Part shown: positions 9,193 to 18,228 of the stretch, piece by piece | Layout of the letters: the number at the start of each line of letters is the position of its first letter | How positions within the stretch are numbered: position 1 is the first letter of the stretch | NCBI GenBank assembly: GCA_003173865.1 | Contig: PJMF01000019.1 | Location: 6,381 to 70,380, forward strand | Origin: Minisyncoccota bacterium | GTDB lineage: Bacteria > Patescibacteriota > Microgenomatia > UBA1400 > PJMF01 | Direction of reading: 5' to 3' | Length of the DNA: 64,000 bases | Program-made: the position numbers and the translations under genes | The notes under the pieces: model-generated | Seen by the model: the letters and a program-made list of their open reading frames with translations, nothing else | What the model was told of the DNA's origin: nothing | Database searches by the model: none

Positions 9193-10467
9193 ATGCTCGA
9201 CATCTCGTTCATTCGTAATAATCAAGCAGCACTTAAGCAAGCTATTGCTGACAAGCAGATGAATCCTCAAGTTGTTGAGGAGGTCATCGCAATGGACGAG
9301 AAGCGGCGAACGCTCATCGTTGAAGTTGAACGCATTCGTCAAGCAATCAATCAAAATACAGAAGCAATTAAAACTTCCGCAACCCAACGTCCAACTGATG
9401 AGCAGCTGCAAAGAGGAAAAGATCTTAAAGAAGAACTCAAAAACATTGAACCAGAACTCAAAAAAACAGAAGAGATGTTTCTGGATTTAATGCTGCAAGT
9501 TCCCAATCCGCCAGCGGCGGACGTACCGGTCGGAGTCGATGAATCTGGTAATCAAGTCATTAAGACGACTGGCACACTTCCCACATTTGCTTTCAAACCA
9601 CGTGCACACGAAGAATTAATGTTAATGAATAACATGCTGGACGTAAAACGTGCAGTCCGGATTGCGGGTTTTCGTTCGTACTTTCTCAAAAATGACGCTG
9701 TATTACTTGAACAAGCAGTGTTGCAGTATGCGATGCAGTCACTTGTTGAACAAGGTTTTACGCCCATGAGTGTACCTTGGCTCGTGAATAAACATGCGCT
9801 ATGGGGCACTGGTTATTACCCCTGGGGAATGGATGATCACTACACTACGCAAGACAATCAGGTCTTAATTGCAACGGCAGAAATTTCGCTCACTGCTTAT
9901 CATCAAGATGAAGTTCTGAATGAAAAAGATTTGCCAATGAAAATGGTCGGAATTTCACCCTGTTTCCGCCGTGAAGTCGGGACATACGGAAAAGACGTCC
10001 AGGGCATTATTCGCGTTCACCAATTTACCAAAGTAGAACAAGTAGTTTACACAATTGCTGACGAAGATTACACCCGCGAATGGCATCAAAAAATGGTTGG
10101 CTTTGCCGAAAAATTGCTCAACGATCTAGAGCTTCCACATCAGACACTTTTAATGTGTACCGGCGATATCGGCGCAGGTCAACGCAAAAAGTTTGACGTT
10201 GAAACCTGGTTCCCAAGTCAACAAAAATATCGTGAAACTCACTCAGCCAGTTACTTTAATGATTTTCAAGCTCGTCGTTTAAACATCAAGTACCGTGCTG
10301 CAGATGGCACTACTAAGTATGTGTATACCTTGAATAACACCATGGCAGCCTCGCCACGTTTGCTTGCCGCAATTATTGAAAACTATCAAAACGAAGACGG
10401 CTCAATTCGTGTTCCAAAAATACTCCAACCATTTATGAAAAAAGAAGTCATCAGGAGGGAAGTATGA
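9193..10467 (+). CDS. serS: Seryl-tRNA synthetase
   Basis: MLDISFIR, LIATAE, CFRREVG, GIIRVHQFTKVEQ, FQARRLNI, TLNNT. Confidence 0.98.
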   Translation: MLDISFIRNNQAALKQAIADKQMNPQVVEEVIAMDEKRRTLIVEVERIRQAINQNTEAIKTSATQRPTDEQLQRGKDLKEELKNIEPELKKTEEMFLDLMLQVPNPPAADVPVGVDESGNQVIKTTGTLPTFAFKPRAHEELMLMNNMLDVKRAVRIAGFRSYFLKNDAVLLEQAVLQYAMQSLVEQGFTPMSVPWLVNKHALWGTGYYPWGMDDHYTTQDNQVLIATAEISLTAYHQDEVLNEKDLPMKMVGISPCFRREVGTYGKDVQGIIRVHQFTKVEQVVYTIADEDYTREWHQKMVGFAEKLLNDLELPHQTLLMCTGDIGAGQRKKFDVETWFPSQQKYRETHSASYFNDFQARRLNIKYRAADGTTKYVYTLNNTMAASPRLLAAIIENYQNEDGSIRVPKILQPFMKKEVIRREV

Positions 10468-10787
10468 GTTACGAAAAAATGACTGGGTACTCATCAATTT
10501 TCCAAGCAAAGACAACTTCCAAGGAGCTTACTTTCATATTTGGACTCACTGGCAATTCTCTTACCCAACCAGCTGCAAGCGAACAAGCTATATACAACTT
10601 TATTCCCTTAATTCCAACGCTTATCAGTGAGCAGTTCGAAGGAGAAGAAATTGCAGGACCTATTTCTTGTTCTCGGTTTGAGATAGAAGGTGCTATCTTT
10701 GTTCAGTTAGATAATGAAACCATTTTTGATAACCGCAGTCTCTTAGTTCTGAAACTTATTCCGGAACTGGAACTAAAACTTGTTTAG
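10464..10787 (+). CDS. Hypothetical protein
   Basis: 107-aa ORF with ATGA overlap to serS and GGAGG upstream. Confidence 0.55.
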   Translation: MSYEKMTGYSSIFQAKTTSKELTFIFGLTGNSLTQPAASEQAIYNFIPLIPTLISEQFEGEEIAGPISCSRFEIEGAIFVQLDNETIFDNRSLLVLKLIPELELKLV

Positions 10788-10840
10788 TCACAAAACACGC
10801 ATTTTTGTGTTAAGATCTAATCCTCTTGGAAAGGCTTTGT

Positions 10841-13744
10841 ATGCTCAAATTTCTGAATACACTCTTCGACGAAAATACCAAAAAAATTAACCAATATAAA
10901 AAAGTGGTTGAACAAATTAATGCGCTTGAGCCAAAACATAAAAAACTCACAGACAAGCAACTTGCGGGAAAGACCGCTGAGTTTAAAAAAAGAATTGCAA
11001 TCGAGCGCCAAGCTAAAAAAACCGATAAGCAAATTCTCGATGAGTTACTTCCAGAAGCATTCGCAACTGTGCGTGAAACTTCCCGCCGCGTGCTCGGCCT
11101 GCGCCACTTTGATGTTCAACTCATTGCGGGAATTGCTTTACATCAGGGCGTTGTCACCGAGCAAAAAACTGGCGAAGGAAAAACGCTGACCGTCTCGGCA
11201 CCTCTTTATCTCAATGCTCTGCTCGGCAAAGGTGCTCATCTTGTAACTGTGAATGATTATCTCGCCGAAGTCGGTGTGGGTTGGATGGGACCAATTTATC
11301 ACTTCTTAGAAATGGAGTGTGCAGTCATCGTTCATGACAAAGCGAAGCGCTACAATCCCGATGTCGATAGTGAGGATCGCGGTGATGAACGTCTCGAACA
11401 TTTTGAAGAAATTACTCGCCAACAGGCGTATACCGCTGATATTACTTACGGGACAAATAATGAGTTTGGTTTTGACTACTTGCGTGACAACATGGTGCAA
11501 CGCCTTGCTGATATGGTGCAACGCCAAGATGCCAACGCCCATACGTACGCAATCGTTGACGAAGCTGACTCAATTTTGATTGATGAAGCCCGCACACCAT
11601 TGATTATCTCTGCTCCTGATACAGAACCGACCAAAAAATACTATGACTATGCCAAAATGGTGATCCCGTTGACCATTGATGTTGACTTTAAACTCGAAGA
11701 AAAACAAAAAACCGTGACGCTGACCGATCTTGGTGTTAAAAGAATTGAGCAGAAGCTGGGCGTTTCAAATTTATACGAAGAGAGTTTTGATGTCATTCAT
11801 CATGTCGAAGCTGCACTCAAAGCCAAAACACTCTACCACCGCGATAAAGAATACATTGTCCGCGAAAATCAAGTCATCATCGTTGACGAGCATACTGGAC
11901 GTTTGATGTATGGCCGCCGCTACTCCGATGGACTGCACCAGGCGATCGAAGCCAAAGAAGGTGTCCCAATTCAACAAGAGTCACGTACACTCGCTACGAT
12001 TTCGCTCCAGAATTACTTCCGCATGTACACAAAACTAGCCGGTATGTCGGGAACAGCAGTGACCGAGGCCGAAGAGTTTCGCAAAATCTACAACATGGAT
12101 GTATTGCCCATTCCGACAAATGTTCCTGCGGTTCGCCAGGATCACTCGGATATTGTGTATAAAACCACTGCGGCAAAGTACAGTGCAATCGTACGTGAAG
12201 TAGAAAAATATGCCCAAACTGGCCAGCCAGTCTTAATTGGTACCCGTTCAATTGAACACAACCAAATTATTTCCAACTTTTTGCGACGCAAAAATATCGA
12301 GCATCAAGTGCTTAATGCGAAGAATAACGAACAAGAAGCATTTATCATTGCCGATGCGGGAAAGAAGGGGAGTATTACTGTTGCCACCAACATTGCCGGT
12401 CGTGGAGTTGACATTGTGCTTGGTGGAGCAAAGCCCGAGTTGAAAGATTTTAGAAAGTCGCAGAGTCGCAAAGTTGCAAAATCAAACAAAGTACTTCCTA
12501 AAAACGTTCAACTCCCGCCTTCAATCAATCCCGAGAACTACAACCTCACCAGTTTTTCCAAAGCACTCGATAAATGGCAACACGCACATGACGAAGTAGT
12601 CAAATCCGGCGGTCTCCACATTATTGGTTCAGAGCGTCACGAGTCACGTCGTATTGATAATCAGCTCCGCGGCCGCGCAGGTCGTCAAGGAGATCCCGGA
12701 TCATCGCAGTTTTTCATTTCACTTGAAGATGAAATCATGCGTCTTTTTGGCGGTGCTCAAATTGCCAAGTTAATGGACTTCTTGAAAATTGATGAAGATC
12801 AACCGATCGAACACGGTATGGTTGGTAACGCCATTCAGTCGGCACAAGTTAAAGTCGAAGGCTTTTTCTTCGACCAAAGAAAGCGTTTAGTCGATTTTGA
12901 TGACGTGATGAATAAACAACGCGAAGTCATTTACAAACGCCGACGACGCATCTTGGAACAAGCTGGCAAACCCGATTCTTCCTTAAAGGACGAAATCCTC
13001 AGTTATATTGATGAAGAAATTCAAAGTATGTCTGGCTCTGAGTCAATTGTCCAAGAATTTACAAAAATTATTCCTTTTGACGATCAATCTCAAGTTGAGT
13101 TGCGCAAAAGCCTCAGTAAAATTACAGATCCTCAGGCAATCATAGAACGTCTTATCGATATTGCTCATCAGACTTATCAATCAAGAGAAGAAACAGTCTC
13201 TTCCCCTGCAATGCGCGAAGTCGAACGTTTCGTGATGCTTTCTACTATTGATGAAAAATGGATGGATCATCTCGATGAGATGGACAACTTACGCGATGGT
13301 ATCTGGATGCGTGGTGACAAAACCACTGTCTTAAGTGAGTACAAAAAAGAAGGTTTTCAGATGTTTGACACACTTGTCAAAAATATTGAAGCCGCTATTG
13401 CTAGCCGTGTGTTCCGCGTTCATGTTCAAGACCAACCAGAAATGATGGCTGCACCAATTCAACTCATTGAACAAAAAGAAGAGGTTTTTGGAGATTTAAG
13501 CGCTGAAGTGAAAGAAGCTGAACCAGGAGCCAAAGCAAGCCCGCAATCACAAAAGGGAAGCATGAATGATCTTGCCGCGGCGATGTCGCGCGCAAAAGCA
13601 ACCAAAAAAGTCGAGCCCGGTGTTGCTCAATCGAAAATTGGTCGCAATGATCCATGTCCTTGCGGCGCCATCAATCCAAGTACCGGGAAAGTATATAAAT
13701 TTAAGCAATGTGGCCTGGTGAATGCACCCTGGCACGGCAAGTAG
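10841..13744 (+). CDS. secA: Preprotein translocase subunit SecA
   Basis: KTGEGKT, DEADSILIDEARTPLIIS, ATNIAGRGVDI, HESRRIDNQLRGRAGRQGDPG, GRNDPCPCG. Confidence 0.98.
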   Translation: MLKFLNTLFDENTKKINQYKKVVEQINALEPKHKKLTDKQLAGKTAEFKKRIAIERQAKKTDKQILDELLPEAFATVRETSRRVLGLRHFDVQLIAGIALHQGVVTEQKTGEGKTLTVSAPLYLNALLGKGAHLVTVNDYLAEVGVGWMGPIYHFLEMECAVIVHDKAKRYNPDVDSEDRGDERLEHFEEITRQQAYTADITYGTNNEFGFDYLRDNMVQRLADMVQRQDANAHTYAIVDEADSILIDEARTPLIISAPDTEPTKKYYDYAKMVIPLTIDVDFKLEEKQKTVTLTDLGVKRIEQKLGVSNLYEESFDVIHHVEAALKAKTLYHRDKEYIVRENQVIIVDEHTGRLMYGRRYSDGLHQAIEAKEGVPIQQESRTLATISLQNYFRMYTKLAGMSGTAVTEAEEFRKIYNMDVLPIPTNVPAVRQDHSDIVYKTTAAKYSAIVREVEKYAQTGQPVLIGTRSIEHNQIISNFLRRKNIEHQVLNAKNNEQEAFIIADAGKKGSITVATNIAGRGVDIVLGGAKPELKDFRKSQSRKVAKSNKVLPKNVQLPPSINPENYNLTSFSKALDKWQHAHDEVVKSGGLHIIGSERHESRRIDNQLRGRAGRQGDPGSSQFFISLEDEIMRLFGGAQIAKLMDFLKIDEDQPIEHGMVGNAIQSAQVKVEGFFFDQRKRLVDFDDVMNKQREVIYKRRRRILEQAGKPDSSLKDEILSYIDEEIQSMSGSESIVQEFTKIIPFDDQSQVELRKSLSKITDPQAIIERLIDIAHQTYQSREETVSSPAMREVERFVMLSTIDEKWMDHLDEMDNLRDGIWMRGDKTTVLSEYKKEGFQMFDTLVKNIEAAIASRVFRVHVQDQPEMMAAPIQLIEQKEEVFGDLSAEVKEAEPGAKASPQSQKGSMNDLAAAMSRAKATKKVEPGVAQSKIGRNDPCPCGAINPSTGKVYKFKQCGLVNAPWHGK

Positions 13745-13750
13745 TACATC

Positions 13751-14137
13751 ATGCAGTCTCGATTGAAGTCATTTTCCGGCACAGTTATTCAGGGCGAACA
13801 AGTTGGCCGGACAATGGGTTTTCCTTCTGCGAATTTTGCACAAAGTCCGGCAGATGGCTCGATGGATCCGGGGGTGTATCTGTGCAGTACTCAACTTTCC
13901 GGTCAAACATACTATGGGTTGGCATACTACGGGCCTCGCTTTGTGCACGGCGAGTATCAAAATACATTTGAAGTCTTTTTTTACGATTTTTCGGGAAATT
14001 TATACGGACAAAAAATCACTGTGAATTTGCATGACTTTATTCGTCGTCCAATTAAATTTGAGTCGCTGGAAGATGTTAAACATCAATTAGAAAAGGATAA
14101 AAAGGTAGGATTAAAAATCATTAAAACGATCGGCTAA
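13751..14137 (+). CDS. Stand-alone riboflavin kinase domain
   Basis: GTVIQGEQVGRTMGFPSAN, GVY, FEVFFYDFSGNLYGQ, FIRRPIKF. Confidence 0.88.
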   Translation: MQSRLKSFSGTVIQGEQVGRTMGFPSANFAQSPADGSMDPGVYLCSTQLSGQTYYGLAYYGPRFVHGEYQNTFEVFFYDFSGNLYGQKITVNLHDFIRRPIKFESLEDVKHQLEKDKKVGLKIIKTIG

Positions 14138-14155
14138 AGGTACAATATTACACTA

Positions 14156-14854
14156 ATGAAACTGCAAACTTTTTTAGCACATGCCGGTATCGCCTCTCGT
14201 AGGAAAGCAGAAGAATTAATCGCACAAGGATTAGTTCAAGTGAACGGGAAAATAGCTACAATTGGTCTACGCATCGACCCCACCAGTGACAAGATTACCT
14301 ACAAAGGTAGAGTGATCAAATCTGCACAGCCACATATCACGTACCTCATCCACAAGCCAGTTGGCATCGTTTCAACGACCCAAGATGAACTTGGCCGTCA
14401 AACCGTCATCGATTTTCTCAAAAAACAACTTGGGCCAAAAGTAAAGTTACCTCGACTATATCCAGTTGGTCGTCTTGATCTCGACAGCAACGGTTTGATG
14501 ATCCTCACAAATGATGGCAATCTGGCCCAAAGAATGACACATCCTTCTTTTGAAGAAGAAAAAACCTATCGTATTCGGGTTGAAGGCGAACCTTCTGACA
14601 AAGCTATCGCTCATCTTGAACGTGGCGTCTTACTCAAGGAAGGCATGACCAGTCCAGCCAAAATAGAAGTCATTTCCCTTGAGGGAGAAGAAAGTATTCT
14701 CGAGATTACGATTCATGAAGGTCGTTACCATCAGGTCAAACGAATGATGCTACGTGTCGGATATCCCGTCATTCAACTCACCCGAGTTCGAATGGGGAAG
14801 TACTCTTTAGATGATCTGAAGGGTAAGAAATATCAATTAATTGAGCCGAAATGA
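14156..14854 (+). CDS. rRNA pseudouridine synthase (RsuA/RluB family)
   Basis: S4 domain LAHAGIASRRKAEELI, VGRLDLDSNGL, EGRYHQVKRM. Confidence 0.93.
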   Translation: MKLQTFLAHAGIASRRKAEELIAQGLVQVNGKIATIGLRIDPTSDKITYKGRVIKSAQPHITYLIHKPVGIVSTTQDELGRQTVIDFLKKQLGPKVKLPRLYPVGRLDLDSNGLMILTNDGNLAQRMTHPSFEEEKTYRIRVEGEPSDKAIAHLERGVLLKEGMTSPAKIEVISLEGEESILEITIHEGRYHQVKRMMLRVGYPVIQLTRVRMGKYSLDDLKGKKYQLIEPK

Positions 14855-14866
14855 TATACTAAGCTC

Positions 14867-15622
14867 ATGTTTCAGCGCCTTACACAGTTTCTCTTTGCGC
14901 CAACTCGACCATATCCGACCACTGCTCCTATTCACTTTCAACTGAAAAATCGTTCGCTTACCAACATTTGGGGGTGGAAACCGTTTTCAACAGTAATGTA
15001 TGCATCTTCGCCACTGCGCAGTCAGCATACCGACCTCGATGTCAATGAACGCATCATCGAGATCCCTTGGATCATTCATCAACTCAGTTTTAAAAAGAAA
15101 GGCAATGTACTCGACGTAGGCTACTTAGAAAGTTCACTAGGCATTTCATTAGCAACGGCAGGTTTTTCAGTTACAGGCATCGACATTCGGCCAGCAGATC
15201 TTTCTCATCCCAACTTCACCGCACTACACGCCGATATTTGCAAAAATACTTTACCGAGCAATCATTTTCACTATGTTATTTTACTTTCAACTCTGGAACA
15301 TATTGGTCTAGAGACGCTATATGGAAAAGTTGACTCCAAAAGCAGTGACCAGAAAGCAATTCAGGAATGCCTACGCGTTCTCAAACCAGGAGGTACGTTG
15401 CTGATTACTACCCCAGTCGCTAAAAAATTTCGCAAAGATAGCTTCATGCGGGTGTATACACCTGGTCGCTTAAAAAAATTATTAACACGAGCCCAAGTAA
15501 AGTCTCTGCAATTTTTCGCTCCCGACACAAAGAGACAGTTCTGGTCAGAAGTCACTGAACAAAAGCTGCCCAATCTTCCACAGTTTGGTGTAGCGTTAAT
15601 AAGTGCAACTAAGGTAAAGTAG
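14867..15622 (+). CDS. Class I SAM-dependent methyltransferase-like (DUF268-like)
   Basis: VLDVG, VTGIDIR, STLEHIGL, RVLKPGG. Confidence 0.8.
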   Translation: MFQRLTQFLFAPTRPYPTTAPIHFQLKNRSLTNIWGWKPFSTVMYASSPLRSQHTDLDVNERIIEIPWIIHQLSFKKKGNVLDVGYLESSLGISLATAGFSVTGIDIRPADLSHPNFTALHADICKNTLPSNHFHYVILLSTLEHIGLETLYGKVDSKSSDQKAIQECLRVLKPGGTLLITTPVAKKFRKDSFMRVYTPGRLKKLLTRAQVKSLQFFAPDTKRQFWSEVTEQKLPNLPQFGVALISATKVK

Positions 15623-15628
15623 TACTAT

Positions 15629-16534
15629 ATGAAAATCATCTCCGGCTCATCAAACCTCGAATTTGCAGCGGCAATTGCAAAAAAACTTGATCTCCAACTT
15701 GGAGAAGTCGAGATTAGTCAGTTTCCTAACGGGGAAAAACGCGTCTGGGTCAAGGAAAATGTCAAAGGCCACAACGTGGTGCTCGTTCAGTCGTTTTGCG
15801 AACCAGTTGATGAACACGTCATTGAGTCACTCCTTTTGGTCGACGCACTTGAGCGCGCTGGCGCGCGCCACATCAACGTCGTTCTTCCCTGGATGGGGTA
15901 CTCAATTCAAGATAAAGTCTTTCGGGAAGGCGAACCAATTGCGGCTAAAGTTATTGCGAGTCTTGTCTCACATGGATATGTGAAACGTGTTTTTTTACTT
16001 GATCTGCACAATAGTAGTATCCCGGGATTTTTCTCGATTCCAACTCAGCATCTTTCGGCAATTGATTTGTTTATCGACTACGCGCATCAAAACTTCAACT
16101 TAGCCGAGTGTCTCGTTGCAAGTCCCGACTTCGGGGGATTAAAGCGCGCACGCACGTTTGCCGAAAAGCTTGGAGTTGAGTTGACGAATATCGATAAGTT
16201 CCGTGACTTGCATACCGGCAAAGTCGAAACAAAAGGGATGTATGGCAATGTAGAAGGCAAAATCGTTTTGCTTTTTGATGACTTTATTAATTCTGGAAGC
16301 ACAGTCCAAAGTTGCTCGGAATTGTTAAAAAACAATGGCGCCAAAGAAGTTCACTTTTTTGTCACGCACGGGCCCCTCTCTGCTGGCGCCTATGACCGCA
16401 TTTCAGCATCACAAATTAATTCCGTCGTCTTGACAAACTCAATTCCTCATCTCGAGCAAAATCCCAGAATTCACATTCTTGATGTCAGTCAATTATTTGC
16501 TGACGCACTCTCGGCTTGGGCAGGAAATAGATAG
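15629..16534 (+). CDS. prs: Ribose-phosphate pyrophosphokinase
   Basis: FPNGE, DLHN, SPDFGGLKRA, DDFINSGST. Confidence 0.95.
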   Translation: MKIISGSSNLEFAAAIAKKLDLQLGEVEISQFPNGEKRVWVKENVKGHNVVLVQSFCEPVDEHVIESLLLVDALERAGARHINVVLPWMGYSIQDKVFREGEPIAAKVIASLVSHGYVKRVFLLDLHNSSIPGFFSIPTQHLSAIDLFIDYAHQNFNLAECLVASPDFGGLKRARTFAEKLGVELTNIDKFRDLHTGKVETKGMYGNVEGKIVLLFDDFINSGSTVQSCSELLKNNGAKEVHFFVTHGPLSAGAYDRISASQINSVVLTNSIPHLEQNPRIHILDVSQLFADALSAWAGNR

Positions 16535-16535
16535 C

Positions 16536-17729
16536 ATGAAACCAGTCATCTTCTCGCTGCTTGATACCCCAGCGTTTGGCGGGGCAGAGCAGTACATGTT
16601 TCAGACTTTGTCTTTTTTGAATGAACAGGGATATCCGATCGTTCTAGGAACAAACAACCAGCATGTCGCTGCTGAGTTTAAAAAACGTGTACAGCTCAAC
16701 TCTGCTGCCACTTTCACAATCATCCACGCTCCATACCGACTTGATTTAATTGGCAACTGGAAAGGATTTCTTAAGTATTTTGTCGGAGCACCCATTGGTA
16801 TAGCTTGGTTGATCTGGACTCTCTGGCACCTCCAACGGAAGCACGGCAAAATTATCTGCTTATTACCAGGTTTTACCGATCGATTAACGTTTTCACCTTT
16901 TATTAAACTTTTCTCACTTCCCCTGATCTGGATTGAGTTCGGTCCGCTGGAACCAGTTTTTTCGCGGAATTTTGGAGTCCCACGTGTGGTGTATCACTTC
17001 TCTCGAAAGTTTGCAGATTCATTTATCACCATCTCTGAGTGGACCAAGAAAAGCATGGTGACCACGGGAAATATACCTGCTGAGAAAATTGAAATTATTT
17101 ATCCAGGGGTACACATTGTGGAGTCTACAGAGATTGCAAAGCTACAGAGTAAGGGGCGTCACATATTGAAAAAAATCGGATGGGAAAATCACTTCGTGAT
17201 AAGTTACGTTGGCCGTCTCGCATCAGAAAATCAGGTTGAGCTAGTCATTAAAGCAGTAGCACTTCTCTCAAAAACACAAAACGTTCATTTACTCATTATT
17301 GGTGATGGTCCAGAGAGAGAAATGTACCAGAAATTAGTTACCAAGTTACAACTGCAAAATCGTGTGCACTTTACCGGCTTCATTGACGAAACAGAAAAAT
17401 TTGCTTTGCTCGCTGCTTCGGATATTTTTACGTATACACGTACTTGGCCGCTCGACGGATTTGGGATCACCAGCACAGAAGCCATGTCTCTCGGCGTTCC
17501 CGTCATCACACCGGACTATGGTCCCCAAAAAGAAATCATTGTTGATGGCGAATCTGGGCTACACTTTCAGCCAAATAGTGTACAGGATTTGCAAACAAAA
17601 ATTAGATTACTCATAGTCAAACAAACTTTGCGAAAAAAAATTGGGCAAAATGGCAAAGAGCGAGTAAAAAAATTTACCAACAAAATACAAGAATCAAAAC
17701 TACTCTCTATAATTCAGAATGGATATTAA
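16536..17729 (+). CDS. Glycosyltransferase family 4
   Basis: FGGAEQ, YVGRL, IIGDGPE, DGFGITSTEAMSLGVPVI. Confidence 0.9.
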   Translation: MKPVIFSLLDTPAFGGAEQYMFQTLSFLNEQGYPIVLGTNNQHVAAEFKKRVQLNSAATFTIIHAPYRLDLIGNWKGFLKYFVGAPIGIAWLIWTLWHLQRKHGKIICLLPGFTDRLTFSPFIKLFSLPLIWIEFGPLEPVFSRNFGVPRVVYHFSRKFADSFITISEWTKKSMVTTGNIPAEKIEIIYPGVHIVESTEIAKLQSKGRHILKKIGWENHFVISYVGRLASENQVELVIKAVALLSKTQNVHLLIIGDGPEREMYQKLVTKLQLQNRVHFTGFIDETEKFALLAASDIFTYTRTWPLDGFGITSTEAMSLGVPVITPDYGPQKEIIVDGESGLHFQPNSVQDLQTKIRLLIVKQTLRKKIGQNGKERVKKFTNKIQESKLLSIIQNGY

Positions 17730-17816
17730 CAAATATACAATCACTGCAAGTAAAATACCATTTTCCAGTGCGAGTAAACCTAAAGAACTTGCATCAAAAT
17801 TTAAAGAAAGTGTCAT
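17700..17816 (-). CDS. 38-aa single-TM micro-protein (not in ORF track)
   Basis: MTLSLNFDASSLGLLALENGILLAVIVYLLISILNYRE*; start coupled (TAATG) to the upstream stop. Confidence 0.5.
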   Translation of the reverse strand: MTLSLNFDASSLGLLALENGILLAVIVYLLISILNYRE

Positions 17817-17953
17817 TAGATCATATCCTTTCGTAAACGATTTCTTAGAGAAGTTTGTTTAAAAAGAAGTGATGTAAGTATAGTGGCTATTGTTATAAGA
17901 ATAAAAAATAATCCTACTAAAATTAGACCGAGTAGATTTGCATCAAATGTCAT
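17816..17953 (-). CDS. 45-aa single-TM micro-protein
   Basis: MTFDANLLGLILVGLFF...; AGGAGG SD; ATGA overlap with the upstream ORF. Confidence 0.6.
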   Translation of the reverse strand: MTFDANLLGLILVGLFFILITIATILTSLLFKQTSLRNRLRKDMI

Positions 17954-18156
17954 AAGACCTCCTTTGTATATTTTAATGAGAGTTGGAGAAAAAATAAAGA
18001 CATACAGCAAAGTAAAAAACCGTTAATGAGTTTAGCCATAAGGAATTCAAATTGAAAGCCAAATACTTGATTCCCAATTGCACCGAGCAAACATCCCTTT
18101 GCAACGTCGTTATAAAAGTTTGAAAGTATTTCGCGTTGTTTTCGATTGAGTAACAT
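17950..18156 (-). CDS. 68-aa two-TM membrane protein
   Basis: MLLNRKQREILSNFYNDVAKG followed by two hydrophobic segments. Confidence 0.65.
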   Translation of the reverse strand: MLLNRKQREILSNFYNDVAKGCLLGAIGNQVFGFQFEFLMAKLINGFLLCCMSLFFLQLSLKYTKEVL

Positions 18157-18228
18157 TCGCCGAGTATAAACATCAAAGATGACAAAAACTGTAACAAAAT
18201 TGATTTTGCTTCGTGTACAATACGGTCT

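Noticed and set aside
12425-12580. Lys/Pro-rich insertion in SecA as a possible intein
   Set aside because: It is short, lacks C/S...HN splice motifs and lies in the known variable region of SecA.
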